Source: Candidatus Ozemobacteraceae bacterium (GTDB taxonomy: Bacteria > Muiribacteriota > Ozemobacteria > Ozemobacterales > Ozemobacteraceae). Taken from it: a stretch of 56,336 nucleotides of DNA. The translations under genes were made by a program, and so were the position numbers. Below are positions 10,088-18,712 of the stretch, one piece after another (positions within the stretch are counted from its first letter, which is position 1; each line of letters begins with the position of its first letter). The notes under the pieces were generated by a model. It did not search any database. It was not told the DNA's origin and saw only the letters and a list, made by a program, of their open reading frames with translations. The DNA lies in assembly GCA_036567845.1 (NCBI GenBank), contig DATCTT010000298.1, positions 1 through 56,336 of the forward strand, in the 5' to 3' direction.

Positions 10088-12526
10088 ATGGAAGTATCGA
10101 ACCGGTCCGGATTGCGGGAACTTCAGATCGCGCAGGGGCTCGTCGCCCTGCGTTGGGCCGCCATTCCCATTCTGTTCGGATTTGCCCTGATGTCCACCCG
10201 GCTTCTGGGAATGAGCTTTCAGATCACGCCCATCTATGTTCTCTGCTGCCTGCTGGCCTGCATCAACGTGTATTTCACGGTGCATATCTCGATGCTCACC
10301 CGTCAGGTCGCGCTACGCCACGGCGTGCCTGCCCTGCGCCGACTGCTGAATCTCCTTCTGAGCCGCCATATCGGAGAACTACGAACGGATGCGAAACGGG
10401 CATTCACCGTTATTCCCCGGCTGGTGTTCAAGCTGGTGAGCACGGTGTATCTGCTGGTTCTCGAAATGGTCAAGGGAATCCGGTTCAATCTGCTGTCCCT
10501 CGACAACGTGATGCATACCCAGGTGATCGTCGATCTGATCATGATCACCCTGCTGGTGCGCTACACCGGTTCGCCGGAAAGCCCCCTGATGCTGCTGGCC
10601 GTCATCCCGATCATCGTGGCCGGCGCCGTGATGGGCTTTCACAAGGGTGCCCTGTATGCGGCGGCGACGGGCGGCGGCTATCTGCTCCTGTGCCTGCTCG
10701 TCCACTTCAAGATGATCATGCATATCAAGTTCTATGGACCCCAGTTCGGGGATCTGAGCATGTCGCTCGGCTGGGCCGTGGCCAGCTTCGCCATGATCGT
10801 CGTCGCCCTGCTCGGGACGGCGTATCTGGCCCACAACCTCACCTCGGTCTTCAAGGAGCGCATCTACTATCTGCAGCAGCTCCTCAACCAGAGCCGCCGC
10901 GACAATGTCGCCCAGGGCCACGTCGCCGACAATGTCACCTCGGCCTGGTTCATCCTTGATGCCGAAGGAACGGTCCTGAAATACCGGCGCGGCCGCAGCG
11001 GCCTGATCGGTCCCAATTTGGCCGGCCGGAACCTGCTCGAGTCGATCCCCGCGTTCAAACAGTATGGGATGGGCTATGTCATGCAGTCGGTCCTGACGGG
11101 CGGCCGCGCGCGAGAGATCGAGCGAATCCGCGTACAGTCCCCCGAAGGCCTTTCCCATACTTTCACCTGCCGCCTGATTCCGATGACGGGTGAGAGCCAG
11201 GAACCCCTTATTCTGCTTCTCACCGATGACCTGACCGAGTCGCTATTCCTCAAGGACCGCATCGAGGAGATGAAGCAGGCGCTTGACACCACGCGGGTGG
11301 AGCTCGAGAAGGTGACTCTCGACGGCAAAGAGCTGAACCAGCAGCTGATGAAGAGCCTGAAACAGGCAAACGAGCGTACACAGGAAATCGACCGGCTCAC
11401 ACAGGAAATCCGGAGTCTCGAAACGATCCGGGGCGATCAGGAGAACCAGATGGCCGCCCTGATGACAGAGCTGGCCTGCGTCAAATCCTCGAACGATGCT
11501 CTCACGGCCGACATCACCTACAAGCAGATGATTCTGGAGGAAGTGACCGAGCTGCTCAAGAACTGCACCCATCTCGAGACCCTCTCCTCGATGATCGAGC
11601 GCCGCACCAAAGCCCTGTTCAAGCTGGAAGACGCTTGTCTGCATATTTTCCGCTCCCCGAACGGCACGGGGCGTCTCAATGAGCTCCTCGACACCCGCAA
11701 GGCCCCTCCGCGCCTGCTGGACATGCCGCGCCGCAACCCCAAGCTGCTCGAACCGGTTCTCGCCGAAGGCCAGCCAGTGGTCATCAAGGCCGAGGTGCAT
11801 CCGGAAAAATCGGCGACTGTTGAGATCACGAATGGCCCGATCCAGCGCATGATTGCCTACATTCCGGTGCGCCACGAGTCCGAACTGCTCGGCATGATGA
11901 TGCTCGACCGGTTCGGCTCGGACGAGAATCCCGAAAAGATGCTCTCAATGCTGACCTACTACCTCTCCCACACCGCGATCGCCCTCAAGAACGCGATCAT
12001 GTCCCAGGATCTCGAATCCCAGCGCCAGAACCTCACGACCACGATGTCCTCCCTCGAATCGACGATCTCGGGCCTGATGGATCTGGTGCGCCTCACTCCC
12101 GGGAACTGCGAACTCCCCTTCCAGACCTATCTCAAGACACTCGGAAAACTGTGCGGCGCCTCGGATGCCGCAATGTTCCGGGCCAACCACGACGGCACGA
12201 TCCAGCCGCTGGGCCGCATCGACACCACCCGCAAGCTCGAGATGCGGAGTATCGAGGAAAAAGTATTCAAGGCCCTCCAGACAAATCCGGCCCACAAGGC
12301 CACCGTCAAGGATCCGGCGGACGGCTCGATCCTCATCTCGTATCCCCTGAATCAGGGGTCCAAGCTGATCGGGGCCCTGTTCATCCAGATGCCCGACGCC
12401 TCCTCGGCCGCCGCCCCCATCGTGGATATCACGGCCAAGCTCGCTTCGGATCACCTGACCATGATGGTGCTGAACGAGGAAAAGGAGCTGTGGGAGAACT
12501 TCTACCGCGAAAACCTCGTGGCCTGA
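10088..12526 (+). CDS. Multi-TM protein with PAS, coiled coil and two GAF-like regions; no output domain
   Basis: Strong AGGAGG RBS before ATG 10088; hydrophobic N-terminal third with DLIMITLLVRYTGSPESP; FILDAEGTV PAS start; heptad region; GAF-like IAYIPV..LLGMMML and SYPLNQGSKLIGALFI. Confidence 0.75.
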   Translation: MEVSNRSGLRELQIAQGLVALRWAAIPILFGFALMSTRLLGMSFQITPIYVLCCLLACINVYFTVHISMLTRQVALRHGVPALRRLLNLLLSRHIGELRTDAKRAFTVIPRLVFKLVSTVYLLVLEMVKGIRFNLLSLDNVMHTQVIVDLIMITLLVRYTGSPESPLMLLAVIPIIVAGAVMGFHKGALYAAATGGGYLLLCLLVHFKMIMHIKFYGPQFGDLSMSLGWAVASFAMIVVALLGTAYLAHNLTSVFKERIYYLQQLLNQSRRDNVAQGHVADNVTSAWFILDAEGTVLKYRRGRSGLIGPNLAGRNLLESIPAFKQYGMGYVMQSVLTGGRAREIERIRVQSPEGLSHTFTCRLIPMTGESQEPLILLLTDDLTESLFLKDRIEEMKQALDTTRVELEKVTLDGKELNQQLMKSLKQANERTQEIDRLTQEIRSLETIRGDQENQMAALMTELACVKSSNDALTADITYKQMILEEVTELLKNCTHLETLSSMIERRTKALFKLEDACLHIFRSPNGTGRLNELLDTRKAPPRLLDMPRRNPKLLEPVLAEGQPVVIKAEVHPEKSATVEITNGPIQRMIAYIPVRHESELLGMMMLDRFGSDENPEKMLSMLTYYLSHTAIALKNAIMSQDLESQRQNLTTTMSSLESTISGLMDLVRLTPGNCELPFQTYLKTLGKLCGASDAAMFRANHDGTIQPLGRIDTTRKLEMRSIEEKVFKALQTNPAHKATVKDPADGSILISYPLNQGSKLIGALFIQMPDASSAAAPIVDITAKLASDHLTMMVLNEEKELWENFYRENLVA

Positions 12527-12541
12527 CATCCGCATCAAACG

Positions 12542-12576
12542 AAACACCCCCGGCTCGGGTTGGCCGGGGGTGTTTT
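12542..12576. terminator. Probably bidirectional intrinsic terminator
   Basis: 13-bp stem AAACACCCCCGGC / GCCGGGGGTGTTT with 8-nt loop, between convergent genes. Confidence 0.85.
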
Positions 12577-12589
12577 ATCGTTATTCGTA

Positions 12590-13597
12590 TTATACGTTGT
12601 AGTATTCCCGATACCAGTCGATGAACCGGCCGATCCCGGTTTCGAGGGGGGTCGCGGGGGCGAATCCGACATCCCGGCGCAAATCCTCGACGTCGGCGTA
12701 GGTCGCCGGCACATCGCCCGGCTGCATCGGCATCAGCTTCTTGACGGCGGTGCGGCCGAGCTTGCGTTCGATGTGGCCGATGAACTCGAGCAGCTCGACC
12801 GGCTGGTGGTTCCCAATGTTGTAGACGCGGTAAGGCGCCGAACTGGTGCCCGGATCGGGCTGGTCGCCCGACCATTCGGGGTCGGGCTGGGCGATCCGGT
12901 CAGAAACGCGCATGACCCCCTCGACGATGTCGTCGACATAGGTGAAGTCGCGCTGCATCTTCCCGTGGTTGAACACCTCGATCGGCTCGCCAGCAAGGAT
13001 CTTTTTCGTGAAGCCGAACAGGGCCATGTCGGGCCGGCCCCACGGGCCGTACACCGTGAAGAACCGCAACCCCGTCGTCGGCAGCCGGAACAGGTGCGAG
13101 TAGGTGTGGGCCATCAGCTCGTTCGCCTTCTTCGTCGCCGCGTACAGCGAGACGGGGTGATCGACGTCGTGATGCACCGAGAACGGCATCCGCGTGTTCG
13201 CCCCGTAGACGGAGCTCGACGAGGCATACGCCAGATGCGGCACCTTCGCGTGCCGGCAGCATTCGAGGATATTTACGAACCCGACGAGGTTCGAATCGAC
13301 GTAGGCATGAGGGTTTTCGAGACTGTACCGGACACCGGCCTGCGCGGCGAGATGCACGACCCGATCGAACCGGTTCTTTGCGAACACCGCTTCCATCGTC
13401 GCCCGGTCGGCCAGATCGGCCTTCACGAAGCTGAAACCCGGTTTCTGCTGCAAGCGTGCGAGCCGCGCCTCCTTGAGGGTTACTTCGTAGTAGGCGTTGA
13501 CGTTGTCGTAACCAACGACGGTGTCGCCACGGGCGAGCAGCCGCTCGCTCAGGTGGTAACCGATGAATCCGGCGGCGCCGGTAACGAGAACATGCAT
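12590..13597 (-). CDS. NAD-dependent epimerase, UDP-glucuronate 4-epimerase type
   Basis: [60 protein letters not shown]. Confidence 0.92.
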   Translation of the reverse strand: MHVLVTGAAGFIGYHLSERLLARGDTVVGYDNVNAYYEVTLKEARLARLQQKPGFSFVKADLADRATMEAVFAKNRFDRVVHLAAQAGVRYSLENPHAYVDSNLVGFVNILECCRHAKVPHLAYASSSSVYGANTRMPFSVHHDVDHPVSLYAATKKANELMAHTYSHLFRLPTTGLRFFTVYGPWGRPDMALFGFTKKILAGEPIEVFNHGKMQRDFTYVDDIVEGVMRVSDRIAQPDPEWSGDQPDPGTSSAPYRVYNIGNHQPVELLEFIGHIERKLGRTAVKKLMPMQPGDVPATYADVEDLRRDVGFAPATPLETGIGRFIDWYREYYNV

Positions 13598-13670
13598 GTC
13601 GTGTCTCCAGGTATGAGAGGATTGCAGGGATGATACAGACATACGGGGAAAAATGCCATCGGGAGATTTG

Positions 13671-13679
13671 TGCTATAAT
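13671..13679 (+). promoter_or_regulatory. Extended -10 promoter element TGCTATAAT for iorAB
   Basis: Perfect TGnTATAAT about 57 nt upstream of the iorA ATG. Confidence 0.65.
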
Positions 13680-13736
13680 CCCGGCGCTTGCATCACGGCC
13701 CGCCTGCATTCCGGGCCGTCCAGAGGAGAAGACAAG

Positions 13737-15515
13737 ATGAAAAGCGGAACCAGGGAAAGGGCCTTCCTGTCGGGAAACGCCGCCATCGCGCGCGGCGCAT
13801 GGGAGGCGGGTGTGCGGTTCGCCGCCGCCTATCCCGGCACCCCGTCCACCGAGATCCTCGAATACTGCGGCCAGTATGACGAGATCGACGCCCAGTGGGC
13901 GGTCAACGAGAAAACGGCGATGGAAACGGCGATCGGCGCGGCCTATGGCGGCGCCCGCGCCCTGTGCGCCCAGAAGCACGTCGGCCTGAACGTCGCGGCG
14001 GATCCCCTCTTCACCGTCGCATATACCGGCATCAACGGCGGCCTCGTTCTCGTCACAGCCGACGATCCCGGCATGCACAGCTCCCAGAACGAGCAGGACA
14101 ACCGGCATTACGCTCGCGCCGCCAAGCTGCCCCTGTTTGAGCCGAGCACCAGCCAGGAGGCGCACGACATGACGATCGCCGCCTACGCGCTGTCGGAAGA
14201 GTTCGACGCCCCCGTCATGCTCCGGACCACCACCCGCATCTCGCACTCCGAGGGCATCGTCGAGCTGGGCAGCCGCGCCGAGGCGCCGGCCCGTGAGTTC
14301 GTGCGCGACATGGCCAAATACTGCGTCCTGCCGCACAACGCCCGCCGTCTCCACGGCAAGGTCGAGGAGCGGATGACGAAACTCGCGGCCTGGGCCTCGT
14401 CCTGCCCCTGGAACCGCATCGAGGCCGGCGATCCGTCGGTCGGCATCATCGCCTCGGGCATCGCGTATGTTCACGCCCGCGAAGTGTTCCCGCAGGCGTC
14501 GTTCCTCAAGCTCGGCTTCACGAATCCCTTCCCGGCCGATCTGGTGCGCCGGTTTGCCACCACGGTGAAGACGGTCATCGTCGTCGAGGAAAACGAACCA
14601 ATCCTCGAGGAACAAGTGCGCGCCCTCGGCATCGCCTGCATCGGCAAGGACCGCATCCCGATCTGCGGTGAGCTGAACCCCGACATCCTTCACGCGTCGC
14701 TGAAAGAGTTCATGAAAGCCCCGGCCCCGGCCAGGGTTCGCATGCCGGACGTCGCGATTCCCCAGCGCCCCCCCGTGCTCTGCCCCGGCTGCCCGCACCG
14801 CGGCGTGTTCTTCACACTCCGCAAGCTCAACTGCACGGTCACCGGCGACATCGGCTGCTACAGCCTCGGCGCCTTCCCGCCCCACAACGCAATGCACACG
14901 ATCGTCTGCATGGGTGCCTCGATCACGAACGCCCTCGGCATCGAGAAGGCGATGAAAGAGAAGATCCACGGCAAGCTCGTGGCCGTGCTCGGCGAGTCGA
15001 CCTTCATGCACTCGGGCATCACCGGCCTGATCGACACGGTGTACAACCAGGGCCGCCATCTGACCATGGTGCTCGACAACTCGATCACCGCGATGACCGG
15101 CCACCAGCCCAACCCGGCGAGCGGAACGACCCTCAAGGGCAAGCCGACGAAGGCGCTCGATCTGAAGAAAATGTGCGAGGCCACCGGCGTCGAGTCGGTC
15201 GTCGACGTCGACCCGTTCGACCTGAAAGCCCTCGAGGAGGCCGTCAAGACGGCTCTCGCGAAGCCCGAGCCGACCGTCATCATCACCCGCCGGCCCTGTA
15301 TCCTGCTCAAGGGGTACAAGCCCGAACGGCATATCGTCTCGATCGACCGCGCCAAATGCGTGAAATGCGGCCAGTGCTGGAAGCTGGGCTGCCCGGCCAT
15401 CGAGCGTGACCAGATCGACGGGAAAACCCGCATCAACGCCACCCTCTGCGTCCACTGCGGCCTGTGCGCCCGCACCTGCCGCCCCGGCGCGATCACCCAG
15501 GAGAAAGGAGCCTGA
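13737..15515 (+). CDS. iorA: Indolepyruvate:ferredoxin oxidoreductase alpha subunit
   Basis: LSGNAAIARGA, YPGTPSTE, CPGCPHR, GDIGC, LDNSITAMTG and a C-terminal 2x[4Fe-4S] ferredoxin domain; GAGGAG RBS. Confidence 0.93.
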   Translation: MKSGTRERAFLSGNAAIARGAWEAGVRFAAAYPGTPSTEILEYCGQYDEIDAQWAVNEKTAMETAIGAAYGGARALCAQKHVGLNVAADPLFTVAYTGINGGLVLVTADDPGMHSSQNEQDNRHYARAAKLPLFEPSTSQEAHDMTIAAYALSEEFDAPVMLRTTTRISHSEGIVELGSRAEAPAREFVRDMAKYCVLPHNARRLHGKVEERMTKLAAWASSCPWNRIEAGDPSVGIIASGIAYVHAREVFPQASFLKLGFTNPFPADLVRRFATTVKTVIVVEENEPILEEQVRALGIACIGKDRIPICGELNPDILHASLKEFMKAPAPARVRMPDVAIPQRPPVLCPGCPHRGVFFTLRKLNCTVTGDIGCYSLGAFPPHNAMHTIVCMGASITNALGIEKAMKEKIHGKLVAVLGESTFMHSGITGLIDTVYNQGRHLTMVLDNSITAMTGHQPNPASGTTLKGKPTKALDLKKMCEATGVESVVDVDPFDLKALEEAVKTALAKPEPTVIITRRPCILLKGYKPERHIVSIDRAKCVKCGQCWKLGCPAIERDQIDGKTRINATLCVHCGLCARTCRPGAITQEKGA

Positions 15516-15517
15516 CC

Positions 15518-16099
15518 ATGAGTATCACGAACATCCTGCTGTGCGGCGTGGGCGGTCAGGGAACCCTCCTGGCCAGCAACCTCATCGCCGAATGCGCGAT
15601 GGAGGCGGGCTTTGATGTGAAGAAGTCGGAAGTGCACGGCATGGCCCAGCGCGGCGGCAGTGTCGTCAGCCACGTCCGATTCGGCCCCGCAATCCACTCG
15701 CCCCTGATCCGCATTGGCGAGGCCGATCTGCTGCTCGCCTTCGAACAGCTCGAAGCCCTGCGCTGGAGCGAGTTCCTCAAACCCGGCGGCCTGGTGTTGA
15801 TGAACACCCAGAAGATTCTGCCCATGTCCGTCTCGGCCGGCGACGGTGTGTACCCCGAGGATATCGCCGGGAAACTCGCCGCCCTGCCCGCCCAGGTCAC
15901 GGCCGTCGACGCGCTCGGCGCCGCAGAAAAGCTCGGCAACGCCAAGTGCCTGAATGTCGTCCTCGTCGGCCTGCTGGCAAAGCGGCTGCCGGCCATCAGC
16001 CGCGAGATCTGGCTTGCCGGCCTGAAGAAGCGCATCCCGGCCAAGCTGCTCGAACTCAACCAGAAGGCCTTCGAGGCCGGCTGGAACCTCGCGGCATGA
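15518..16099 (+). CDS. iorB: Indolepyruvate:ferredoxin oxidoreductase beta subunit
   Basis: GVGGQGTLLAS, SEVHGMAQRGGSV, NVVLVG, NQKAFEAG. Confidence 0.93.
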   Translation: MSITNILLCGVGGQGTLLASNLIAECAMEAGFDVKKSEVHGMAQRGGSVVSHVRFGPAIHSPLIRIGEADLLLAFEQLEALRWSEFLKPGGLVLMNTQKILPMSVSAGDGVYPEDIAGKLAALPAQVTAVDALGAAEKLGNAKCLNVVLVGLLAKRLPAISREIWLAGLKKRIPAKLLELNQKAFEAGWNLAA

Positions 16100-16130
16100 T
16101 TCCCCGCCTCTCACGGCCAGCAGGGCACCG

Positions 16131-17027
16131 ATGAAATACACACTTGCATATATATACGTCTGTGTTCTTTCTCTTCTCCTGGCGGCCCCTCTTGGGGCCG
16201 AGGAGAAGAGGAACGTGAAAAGCGTCGCCTGCACCGTGTATCCGGTCTACCTGATCGCCCGGGAGATCGCATCTGGAACGGGTCTGCCGGTGGCCCTCCT
16301 GCTTCCGGCGGACCTGGGCTGTCCACACAACTACTCCCTGACGCCGGCCGATATGGCCCGGCTCGAGCGTGCCACCGTGATCCTGGCCAACGGCCTGGGG
16401 TTCGAGCCGTTCCTCGGCCGCCTTGCCGAAGCCGGCTTCAAAGACCGCATCCGCGAGGTAGCTCCGGCATCGGCTCGGGCCCTGGAGCATGGGGAGGGCC
16501 TCAACCCGCACCTGTTCACGACGCCGGCTGGCGTGTCGGCGATGTCCGACCGGATCGCCGGGGAAATCACCGCCCTCTTTCCCGCGGAGGCGGCGGCACC
16601 GGTGCGGAGACGCGCGGAGGCTCTCCGCACGCGCCTCGCGGCGATCGCCGGTGAGTGGAAGGCTCTCTCCGAGCGGCTCCGTGGAATCCCCGTCCTGATC
16701 ACCCACGACTCCCTCGAGTATATCGCCGAGGCTTTCGGCCTCGAGATCGTCGGCCGGCTCGAATCCGACGACGGGCACGAGCACTCGGCCCATTCCCGCC
16801 TCGAGATCGAGAAGACGATCCGCGATCGACATCCGCGCGCCATTCTGTCCGATCGATCGGGTCAGAATGACGAATTGGACGCCCTCGGGCGCGAACACAA
16901 CCTTCCCGTGATCGGCCTGCCGACGCTCACCTCCGGCCCGGCCGACGCAGCGCCGGATGCCCTCGAAGCAAGCCTGAGGACCATCGCCTCGGGGCTCGAA
17001 CCCCTCACGGCGATTCCAGCCCGATGA
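16131..17027 (+). CDS. Zn/Mn ABC transporter substrate-binding protein (ZnuA/TroA-like)
   Basis: Signal peptide, CPHNYSLTP, ANGLGFE, NPHLF, HDSLEY. Confidence 0.88.
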   Translation: MKYTLAYIYVCVLSLLLAAPLGAEEKRNVKSVACTVYPVYLIAREIASGTGLPVALLLPADLGCPHNYSLTPADMARLERATVILANGLGFEPFLGRLAEAGFKDRIREVAPASARALEHGEGLNPHLFTTPAGVSAMSDRIAGEITALFPAEAAAPVRRRAEALRTRLAAIAGEWKALSERLRGIPVLITHDSLEYIAEAFGLEIVGRLESDDGHEHSAHSRLEIEKTIRDRHPRAILSDRSGQNDELDALGREHNLPVIGLPTLTSGPADAAPDALEASLRTIASGLEPLTAIPAR

Positions 17028-17815
17028 AAGGCTCCCCGGCGATCCGCCTTTCGGACGTCTCGGTCACGGTCGGCCAGACCGTGATTCTCGAGCACGTCGA
17101 AGCCACGATCATGCGCGGTCACATCACCGCCCTGATCGGGCCGAACGGTGCCGGCAAGACGACCCTACTGCAGGCGATTCTCGGCCTGCGCCCCTTTTCT
17201 GGCACTATCATGTTCCTCACCCCCGATGGAAAGCCGCACCGCCCGAGGATCGGCTATGTCCCCCAGAGCTTGTCGATCGACCGGCAGGCGGCCGTCACAG
17301 TGCTCGAGTTCTTTGCCTTCGAGTTCCAACGCCGCCCCGTCTGGCTCGGTATCACCCGCAAAGCCCGCGAAAACGCGACTGCAGCCCTCGAAAGGCTCGA
17401 AGCTGGCCACCTGATCGACCGCCCCCTCGGTCGTCTCTCGGGAGGCGAACTCCAGAGGGTACTCCTGGCGCTTGCCCTGCACCGCAATCCCGAGATTCTC
17501 TTCCTCGATGAGCCGGTTTCAGGGGTCGATGTCGCGGGCGGCCACCTGTTCTGCGACGTCCTCGAGTCGCTGAGTTCACAGCAGAACCGCACGATCGTGA
17601 TGGTCAGCCACGACCTTTCCGTCGTGTCGCAGCATGCATCCCACGTGCTGTGCCTGAACCGCACGATCGCCTGCCAGGGCGAGACTCCCGAGGTTCTCAC
17701 CTCGGAAAACCTCCTCCAGATCTACGGTCTCCACTCCGGTCTATATGAGCATGCCCCGTCATCTCATCTGCATTGCAGTCACCACCATACCCACGACGAG
17801 GCGTCTCATGCCTGA
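17024..17815 (+). CDS. Metal ABC transporter ATP-binding protein (ZnuC-like) with His-rich tail
   Basis: GPNGAGKTT, LSGGELQR, LDEP, SHD; tail HAPSSHLHCSHHHTHDEASH. Confidence 0.92.
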   Translation: MKGSPAIRLSDVSVTVGQTVILEHVEATIMRGHITALIGPNGAGKTTLLQAILGLRPFSGTIMFLTPDGKPHRPRIGYVPQSLSIDRQAAVTVLEFFAFEFQRRPVWLGITRKARENATAALERLEAGHLIDRPLGRLSGGELQRVLLALALHRNPEILFLDEPVSGVDVAGGHLFCDVLESLSSQQNRTIVMVSHDLSVVSQHASHVLCLNRTIACQGETPEVLTSENLLQIYGLHSGLYEHAPSSHLHCSHHHTHDEASHA

Positions 17816-18662
17816 CCCCCTTCTCGAACCCATCTACGGACTGCTCGCCCACCTCCCGTTCGAGGCGTTGCAGGCAAGGTTCATGCAGCGCGCCGTCCTT
17901 CAAATCGCCCTGCTGACGCCGCTCTGTGCCCTCTGCGGTAGCCTCGTTGTCCAGTTCCGCATGGCCTTCTTCTCGGACGCCGTCTCACATTCCGCCTTCA
18001 CGGGGGTCGCGCTCGGCCTCCTGATCGGCATCGATCCATGGCTCGCCGTCATCTTCTTTGGCCTGTTCACGGGCATTCTGGCCGTCCAGCTGCGGCGCCA
18101 CGGGGATCTCGCCATGGATACGAGCCTCGGCGTGCTGTTCTCGACAGCCGTCGCCCTGGGCCTGGCCATCATCAGCATGAAAAAAGGCCTGGCCCGGACC
18201 CTCCCCGGTTTTCTGTACGGTGACATCCTCGCCATCACCGACCGAGAGATCATCCTGACGGCCCTGCTACTGGTTGGAACCCTCCTTTTCCTGCTCCGTT
18301 TCTTCAACCAGCTGGTGTACACCAGCTTACACGAGCATCTGGCGCATATCAGCGGGGTCCGAACCTCGGCTCTGGAAATGGCATTCGCGGCGCTTCTCTC
18401 TCTCGTCGTCGCCTTTTCAATCCGGGCCGTCGGCATCCTGCTCGTCACTGCGCTGCTCGTCATTCCAGCGGCGGCGGCCCGCAACATCGCCGGCAATCTG
18501 CGGCAGCAGGTCTGGTATTCCGTGGCGATCGCCCTCATCTCGGGCTTCACCGGCCTCGCGCTATCCCTCGCCTGGGATGCAGCAACCGGAGCCGCGATGA
18601 TCCTCAGCTCGGCCACCCTGTTCCTGGCCTCGCTCCTCTTCCGGTCCCTCCGCCGGAGCTGA
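17808..18662 (+). CDS. Metal ABC transporter permease (ZnuB-like)
   Basis: FFSDAVSHSAFTG, LYGDILAI, VGILLVTALLVIPAAAAR. Confidence 0.92.
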   Translation: MPDPLLEPIYGLLAHLPFEALQARFMQRAVLQIALLTPLCALCGSLVVQFRMAFFSDAVSHSAFTGVALGLLIGIDPWLAVIFFGLFTGILAVQLRRHGDLAMDTSLGVLFSTAVALGLAIISMKKGLARTLPGFLYGDILAITDREIILTALLLVGTLLFLLRFFNQLVYTSLHEHLAHISGVRTSALEMAFAALLSLVVAFSIRAVGILLVTALLVIPAAAARNIAGNLRQQVWYSVAIALISGFTGLALSLAWDAATGAAMILSSATLFLASLLFRSLRRS

Positions 18663-18712
18663 ACGGTATCCCCCGGGGTTTCCCGTGAAACGGAACGCTG
18701 CCACCCGGCGAC

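Noticed and set aside
12900-15455. 851-aa minus-strand ORF
   Set aside because: Shadow of iorA and an alternative frame of the epimerase.
18663-18712. Terminator between the convergent permease and HEAT genes
   Set aside because: Only short, weak stems without a U-tract.
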